Positions 58,750 through 64,000 of a DNA stretch of 64,000 nt are shown in pieces. Source of the stretch: Gemmatimonadales bacterium (GTDB taxonomy: Bacteria; Gemmatimonadota; Gemmatimonadetes; Gemmatimonadales; GWC2-71-9). The notes under the pieces are model-generated. The model saw only the letters and a program-made list of their open reading frames with translations, did not search any database and was not told the DNA's origin. The stretch's first letter is position 1; each line of letters starts with the position of its first letter. The position numbers and the translations under genes were made by a program. The stretch spans positions 7,713-71,712 of the forward strand of contig DATMDQ010000111.1 in NCBI GenBank assembly GCA_035557715.1. The letters are read 5' to 3'.

Positions 58750-59638
58750 GCGCGGTCTGTACCGTCAGCACACCGATCAAGACAAGAATGCCGCCGAGAA
58801 TGGTCGAGACGGAAACTGATTCGCCCAGAAACGCCACAGCCGCGGCGAGGGTGACCAGCGGTTCCAGGTAGAGAAACGCTGCCACTTGTGAGGCTTCGAT
58901 ACGTTCCAGTGCCGCGTACCAGAGCAGATAGCCGAGCCCTGAGCAGCCGACACCCAGAAAGACAATGGCGGTCACGGCTGTCGATGACAAGGAACGATAC
59001 TCCTGCCAACCAGCCGTGTTGACGAAGAAGGGAATCATCATGGCCCAACCGGCCAGCATGGCTCCGGCGGTTGCCCTGCCGCTGCCCAGGCGCTTGAGAG
59101 TCTTGGGGCCCAGGATAGTATAGATCGCCCACGTCACGGTACTGGCGAGAACCATTAGATCCCCTCGGGTTGAGGGCAGGGCGAGGACCCGGGCTGAGAG
59201 CTCACCTCTGGTGATGACGAGGAGCGCTCCAACCGTCCCCAGGGCCAGGCCGAAGAGCTTTCTCGGGCCGAAACGCTCGCCCAGAAAAAGCGCGGCCAGC
59301 ACCGCCGACCAGATCGGGGTCAGACCGATGAGCCATCCGGTCCGTATCGCAGTCGTCAGGGTAAGCCCGTGAACCTGGATCACCTGATGCAGAAAGATGC
59401 CGACGAAGCCCATCAGCGCCAGCATCGGCCACGCATCCCGGGGCGGTGCGAGCGACTCGCGCCTGAGTGCGAGAATCAGGAAGAGGACTGTGGTGCCGAG
59501 AGCGAAGCGGGTAAAGATCAGCGTGATGGGCGAGACTTCCCGCAGTGCCGCCTTGGTGGCGACAAACGAGAGTCCCCAGAGAACCACCGCCGCCAGGGCG
59601 CCCAGTCTCGCGACGAGCACCGATCGTTGTGACGTCAC
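58739..59638 (-). CDS. EamA/DMT-family transporter
   Basis: 299 aa with 10 predicted TM helices and a duplicated EamA pattern. Confidence 0.85.
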   Translation of the reverse strand: MTSQRSVLVARLGALAAVVLWGLSFVATKAALREVSPITLIFTRFALGTTVLFLILALRRESLAPPRDAWPMLALMGFVGIFLHQVIQVHGLTLTTAIRTGWLIGLTPIWSAVLAALFLGERFGPRKLFGLALGTVGALLVITRGELSARVLALPSTRGDLMVLASTVTWAIYTILGPKTLKRLGSGRATAGAMLAGWAMMIPFFVNTAGWQEYRSLSSTAVTAIVFLGVGCSGLGYLLWYAALERIEASQVAAFLYLEPLVTLAAAVAFLGESVSVSTILGGILVLIGVLTVQTAHER

Positions 59639-59655
59639 TCGAACTTACCGGGAGC

Positions 59656-60162
59656 CTAGTCGTGCACGACGCGAGTCAGGGTCACAATCTGGCCGGCGTG
59701 GCGAGACGAGTGTTCGGCGGCGTGGAAGATCAGTCCCATCGTCGTGGAAGGCAGCCGCTTACGTCCCACCTCCCGCGGCAGGAGCAGACTGTCGGGGGGC
59801 ACGGTCCGCAAATAGTCGATGGCCGCCTCCAACCCGGCGTCGAATCTCGCCAATAAACGCGTGAGCTCTGGCCGATCCTCATGGACCGTCCGCTCGGCGG
59901 CCAGCGTAGCGAGCTGATCGTCGGTGAGGGCCTCGGCGCGCGAGTATGTCAGCAGCCGATCCAGGCTGCCGGGAAGGTGGGCCAGATGGAATCCTATCGA
60001 GGCCGCGCCCCCGGGCCGAGCCCAGAGCTCGTTCGGGGTGAGGTGCTGAACGATCGGTATTACGTCCTCACCCACCTGCTTGAGCGTGTGGGCAGCGGGC
60101 TGGAGAAGCGGCTGAACGCCGGTGATCGGGCCGCGAAGCCAGACTTCCGGAGGCAGTGTCAT
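59656..60162 (-). CDS. DinB-family protein
   Basis: The start is at 60162 (MTLPPEVWL). The His-triad pattern (HLAHLPG, HAAEHSSRHAG) is present. Confidence 0.78.
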   Translation of the reverse strand: MTLPPEVWLRGPITGVQPLLQPAAHTLKQVGEDVIPIVQHLTPNELWARPGGAASIGFHLAHLPGSLDRLLTYSRAEALTDDQLATLAAERTVHEDRPELTRLLARFDAGLEAAIDYLRTVPPDSLLLPREVGRKRLPSTTMGLIFHAAEHSSRHAGQIVTLTRVVHD

Positions 60163-60248
60163 GGATCCAGCTCCCATTGGCCTCGAGGATGAGGGAGGTT
60201 GGGCAGGGCTGACAGCGTGTCGCCAGCCCTTGCCAACCATCTACGCGC

Positions 60249-60932
60249 CTACTTCGGTGCCAGCATGTCCTTCAATACGTCCAGCCGATCGGCCCAATAC
60301 TCCTTCATGCGGGTCGACGAAGTCTTATCCGGCAGCTTCTCGTGGGTGAGCGCCACCAGGCTTTTTGCTGGCCCCTTGCCCTCGAATCCCACCACCACCG
60401 ACGTCTGGTCGGCCCACGTGATCCGCATCGACTTCTCCCGGGTGGCAGTGCGGACGGTGAGGTCCACCCCAGGCAGCCACCGGGCCCGCATCCGGGCGTT
60501 TTCAAAAGCGCCGTACAGCCGGCTCAGCGGTACCGTGAACGTCTTGCTCTTGCTGGCCTCGAAAGCGCCGTCCCGGCGCTGCCCGACGGCGCGAAGACCC
60601 TTGATGCGCTCGTACCCGACCGTGACCGACTGCGCCCACCAGCCCGGGATCTTGTACTTCTCGTTGACGTACTTCGCGATCTCCCGGTGGGGCCAGGTGT
60701 AGGCCTTCGTGTGATCGAGCGCCTTGACCCAGCGCTCCCAGTTGCAGCCCGTTTTTTCCTTGATGGTCGCGTCGCTCCTGCCGGCGAGCCTGGCATAGTC
60801 GGCCGGGGCAGGGACGATGGGGACGGCAGTAGGCTTTTGTTTCCGGAGGTGCGCGCGGGCGGTGGTGTAGGATTCGCCCGTCTTCTGCATGCGCCCGCGG
60901 ACCAGGCGCTTGAAGTCTTTATCGGTTGGCAT
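60249..60932 (-). CDS. Hypothetical protein; basic N-terminal helix plus a possible SRPBCC/AHSA1-like C-terminal half
   Basis: 227-aa ORF with coding-like composition. The domain assignment is from memory only and is tentative. Confidence 0.5.
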   Translation of the reverse strand: MPTDKDFKRLVRGRMQKTGESYTTARAHLRKQKPTAVPIVPAPADYARLAGRSDATIKEKTGCNWERWVKALDHTKAYTWPHREIAKYVNEKYKIPGWWAQSVTVGYERIKGLRAVGQRRDGAFEASKSKTFTVPLSRLYGAFENARMRARWLPGVDLTVRTATREKSMRITWADQTSVVVGFEGKGPAKSLVALTHEKLPDKTSSTRMKEYWADRLDVLKDMLAPK

Positions 60933-61194
60933 CGGTGTGGTCCTTTGGGTCAGGCCACAGGCGATACGCCCCCCAGCGACGACGCCCGCGGCGTCCCAAA
61001 GGCTCCATCAGAGGGATCCGGGAGTGTGCCCCCCTTTGCCTCACGAGGACCCTGGCTGGGGCAGGGTCGATGAGGTTGGGCGCGGATCGTTCGCCCGTGC
61101 CTCTATTGTGCAGCATTCCGGTGGCGGAGGCAAGAGTGCCCGAAGTGATTTATGATTGCTTGTCGATTTTGCGCCCGTCCTCATGGAGGAGTTG

Positions 61195-63060
61195 ATGCCG
61201 AGGCTACTGATCCTTCTGCTCCTTGCCACCGGATGCGCACGAGAGTCGCCCCGGGAGACGGCTACCACGAACCTGGGCGTGCCTTCCTGGGCTGGGGATG
61301 CCATCTGGTATCAGATCTTCGTCGAGCGCTTTCGCAACGGTGACTCCTCCAACGATCCGACCCCGCACGACATCGAGGGAGTGACCGACCAGCGCCCACC
61401 CGCCGCCTGGCGGCCGACGCCGTGGTCGCAGGACTGGTATCGGCAGGAGCCGTGGGCCAAGGCGACCGGAAAGGACTTCTACTCGACCGTGCAGTCCCGC
61501 CGCTACGGCGGCGACCTGCAAGGGGTGATTGACCGGCTCGACTATCTCCAGGACCTGGGGGTCACCGCCCTCTTTCTCAACCCGGTGAACGACGCGCCCT
61601 CCCTGCACAAGTACGATGCCCGGAACTACCGCCACATCGACCGCAACTTCGGCCCCGACCCGCGCGGCGACGAGGCCCGCATGGCGGCGGAGAATCCGGT
61701 CGATCCGGCCACCTGGAAGTGGACCGCCGCCGACAGCCTTTTTCTGGCCCTGGTACGCGAAGCGCATCACCGGGGCATGCGCATCATCATGGATTACTCC
61801 TGGAATCACACCGGGATCACCTTTTGGGCCTGGCAGGACGTGCTCAAGCACCAACGCGCGTCGCGGTTCGCGGACTGGTACGCGATCGAGCGCTTCGACG
61901 ACCCGGCGACCCCGGACACCAACGAGTTCCGCTATCGTGGCTGGGCCGGCGTGCCCTGGCTGCCGGAGTGGAAGAAGGTTGGCCGGCCGGAGGGGAAGAC
62001 CCACGGCCCGATCGAGGGCAACCTCGTCCCCGGCGTCCGGGACCTGACGTTCAACGTCACCCGCCGCTGGCTGGACCCCAACGGGGATGGCAATCTCTCG
62101 GATGGCGTGGATGGCTTTCGGCTGGACGTGGCCGAGATGGTCCCGCTTGGCTTCTGGCGCGACTACCGGCACTTCGTGCGGAGCATCAACCCGGAGGCTT
62201 ACCTCGTGGGCGAGGTGTGGTGGGAGAAATGGCCGGACACCATCTGGGACCCAAGGCCCTGGCTCAAGGGCGACGTTTTCGATGCGGTGATGAACTACCG
62301 CTGGTACATGCCCACCCGGAGCTTCTTTGCCCGCGCCCCGTCGCCCATGACCGCCTCGGCGTACGCCGCAAGCCTCGACTCCCTGGCCAGCGGCATCGCG
62401 CCCGCGCACCTCAAGGTGATGATGAACCTGACCGCGAGCCATGACACGCCGCGCTTCGGTACCTCGATCTACAACCCGGGCCGCTACAAGTTCCACAACT
62501 CCCCGCGCGAAGACCCCCGGTACCGGATCGACCGGCCCGACGAGCGCACCCGCCGGCTCCAGGAGCTGATACTGGTCCAGCAGTTCACCTATATCGGGGC
62601 GCCGCATGTCTGGTACGGCGACGAGGTGGGGATGTGGGGTGCGGATGATCCTGACGAGAGGAAGCCGATGGTCTGGTCGGATCTGCGCTATGAAGATGAG
62701 GTAGTGCACCCCTTTGGCCGGGCCCGGCACCGGGATCGCGTGGTCCCCGACACCGCGCTCTTCCGGGTTTACCGGGATTTGATCGCGCTCAGGAACCAGA
62801 ACCTCCGGCTCCTGGTGGACGGCACGCTCAACTGGCTCGTAACCGACGATAAGCGGGGTCTGATGGTGTACGACCGTTTGCTCGGCGACAGGCGGGCCAT
62901 TGTCGGTTTCAATGTCTCAGACCGGCCAGTTGAACTGTCGGTCGCGGCGGAGGGCAAGTATCGCGCTGCCTTCCCCGCAGGTGGCGCGGCGAGTGTGGCC
63001 GGGGGGAAGCTCCAGGCTAGGCTACCGCCCAAATCGGCGAGCGTGTGGATTCGGGAGTGA
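61195..63060 (+). CDS. GH13 alpha-amylase-family glycoside hydrolase, lipoprotein
   Basis: The lipobox is LLLLATGC. GH13 regions I-IV are present: DYSWNHTG, GFRLDVAEM, VGEVWWE, LTASHDTPR. The segment WYQIFVERFRNGD resembles neopullulanase or cyclomaltodextrinase. The start is ATG 61195 or 61183. Confidence 0.9.
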   Translation: MPRLLILLLLATGCARESPRETATTNLGVPSWAGDAIWYQIFVERFRNGDSSNDPTPHDIEGVTDQRPPAAWRPTPWSQDWYRQEPWAKATGKDFYSTVQSRRYGGDLQGVIDRLDYLQDLGVTALFLNPVNDAPSLHKYDARNYRHIDRNFGPDPRGDEARMAAENPVDPATWKWTAADSLFLALVREAHHRGMRIIMDYSWNHTGITFWAWQDVLKHQRASRFADWYAIERFDDPATPDTNEFRYRGWAGVPWLPEWKKVGRPEGKTHGPIEGNLVPGVRDLTFNVTRRWLDPNGDGNLSDGVDGFRLDVAEMVPLGFWRDYRHFVRSINPEAYLVGEVWWEKWPDTIWDPRPWLKGDVFDAVMNYRWYMPTRSFFARAPSPMTASAYAASLDSLASGIAPAHLKVMMNLTASHDTPRFGTSIYNPGRYKFHNSPREDPRYRIDRPDERTRRLQELILVQQFTYIGAPHVWYGDEVGMWGADDPDERKPMVWSDLRYEDEVVHPFGRARHRDRVVPDTALFRVYRDLIALRNQNLRLLVDGTLNWLVTDDKRGLMVYDRLLGDRRAIVGFNVSDRPVELSVAAEGKYRAAFPAGGAASVAGGKLQARLPPKSASVWIRE

Positions 63061-63265
63061 GTGCTTCTTTACTGAAGACTGGAACCACGTGTCAGCACAA
63101 ATGTGAAGCGGGTCCGGGAGCCGCTCCGGCACAAAAGAACGCAGTGCCTCCGCGGCCCCGTCCCCGCGAGCAACCCACTCTGGTGACTGATCATGGAGCG
63201 AGGTCCCTCGCGACTCACTTATCCGCCACCACCGACCGAGCTCCGGCGCTTTTCGTGTTGAGCGG

Positions 63266-64000
63266 TTACCGTTGCTCGGCCAGCAGTACCAAACCCGAAC
63301 TCGTAGTAAGCGAGATCGTTCCGTCCCTCACCGTACCAGAAGCTCCCGAGTAGGCATCGACAAGCTTCGCAGCGTCCGGGAACACGCCGAGGACCGGTAT
63401 GGTCTTGGCACCTCGCCCCTGATCCATCGCCACCAAAACGCGATCGACTCGCCCACCTGACTCGAGCGTCCGGCTGAAGATGTACGGCTTCGCCTGAAGG
63501 GTGCGATGCGCGCCGGCCCCCACAGCCGGATGGGCTCGGCGGAACCGGCCCAGCTTCCGCCAGTGTTCTAGGACCTTCGCCGCCGCCCCGCCGCCCTCCA
63601 GGTCCGCCCAATTCATGAACGAGCGCAGATTGGCGTCTCCCTCCGCGCCTGCGACCTGAAGCGGACGAGCGAGCTCGTCCCCGTAGTAGATCTGGGCAGT
63701 ACCGGGAGCCAGGAGCAGACGGGTTCCCGCGCCGATGGGATCCTTCCGGTCCCGGTCATACGGCGACCCGTCGTCGTGTGAGCTCAGGTAGTTAAGGAGA
63801 CTGACCCCGCGAAGCGCCCCTTGATTGATCGTCGAGGAATAGCGGGTGAAAAGACCATCCATCGATCCGGTGTCGCTCTTGAAGCCAAAGTTGATGAGCG
63901 CGTCGTACCCGTTCGAGAAGAAGTCCACAGTTCGGTCGCCGAAGCTGTACTCCCTCCCCTGGCCGAGCTCCCAACCGTAAACCTCGCCTACCATATAGAA
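63266..64000 (-). CDS. GH13 alpha-amylase-family protein, C-terminal part (5' end beyond the window)
   Basis: The reading frame is open to the window edge. It contains GH13 region III-like MVGEVYG and region IV-like LNYLSSHDDG. Confidence 0.8.
   Translation of the reverse strand, partial: FYMVGEVYGWELGQGREYSFGDRTVDFFSNGYDALINFGFKSDTGSMDGLFTRYSSTINQGALRGVSLLNYLSSHDDGSPYDRDRKDPIGAGTRLLLAPGTAQIYYGDELARPLQVAGAEGDANLRSFMNWADLEGGGAAAKVLEHWRKLGRFRRAHPAVGAGAHRTLQAKPYIFSRTLESGGRVDRVLVAMDQGRGAKTIPVLGVFPDAAKLVDAYSGASGTVRDGTISLTTSSGLVLLAEQR

Overview
This is a 64-kb window of a high-GC, very gene-dense bacterial chromosome. I call about 58 protein genes. I recognised no rRNA or tRNA, and no transposase, integrase, phage or CRISPR content. 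Taxon cannot be fixed from the window; the composition and protein families would fit a soil Gemmatimonadota/Acidobacteriota-type genome, but that is a guess. Gene content in order: (1) A long minus-strand string, truA-htrA-purB-purC-psd-pssA-purS-purQ-(Zn-ribbon)-purL-purF-ppdK-purE-purK-DUF2911. (2) A plus-strand string, trpD / lexA (opposite strand) / trpC / trpF stub / trpB / HEAT-repeat protein / HD-GYP protein / trpA / 7TM-GAF-MCP protein / folK-panB-panC / HD protein / LytR_C protein. (3) A compact set of serine-cycle-type genes: glycerate 2-kinase transcribed divergently from sga-mcl-mtkA-mtkB-hydroxypyruvate reductase-ppc. (4) rlmN, then a PtsN-like IIA gene, then aspS-phoH-7TM HD hydrolase-ybeY-corC-corC-mgtE-sulP-dedA. 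(5) A patch of small stress/detox-type genes: SDR, Kef-type antiporter, VOC, RibD_C, cupin, a stand-alone EF-Tu domain-II-like mini-protein, EamA, DinB. (6) Two convergent GH13 amylase-family genes, the last cut by the window edge. About 16 gene junctions are 4-nt ATGA/GTGA stop/start overlaps, so overlap between neighbours is the norm here and is weak evidence of shared function. Many ORF-track entries are high-GC antisense shadow ORFs or over-extended N-termini; I trimmed starts where a stop/start overlap or a Shine-Dalgarno motif supports it. The observations most worth a second look are: trpB and trpA separated by a HEAT/HD-GYP gene pair whose products share an N-terminal module, followed by an orphan 7TM-GAF-MCP gene; a 42-codon trpF remnant; the complete serine-cycle-specific gene set with a perfect CRP-type palindrome in its divergent promoter region; candidate direct-repeat operators upstream of lexA; a stand-alone EF-Tu domain-II homologue; and a REP-like hairpin family, a G-quadruplex-type octamer repeat and a 33-bp tandem duplication at gene junctions. 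I cannot demonstrate a new system from sequence alone. All functional links are inference.
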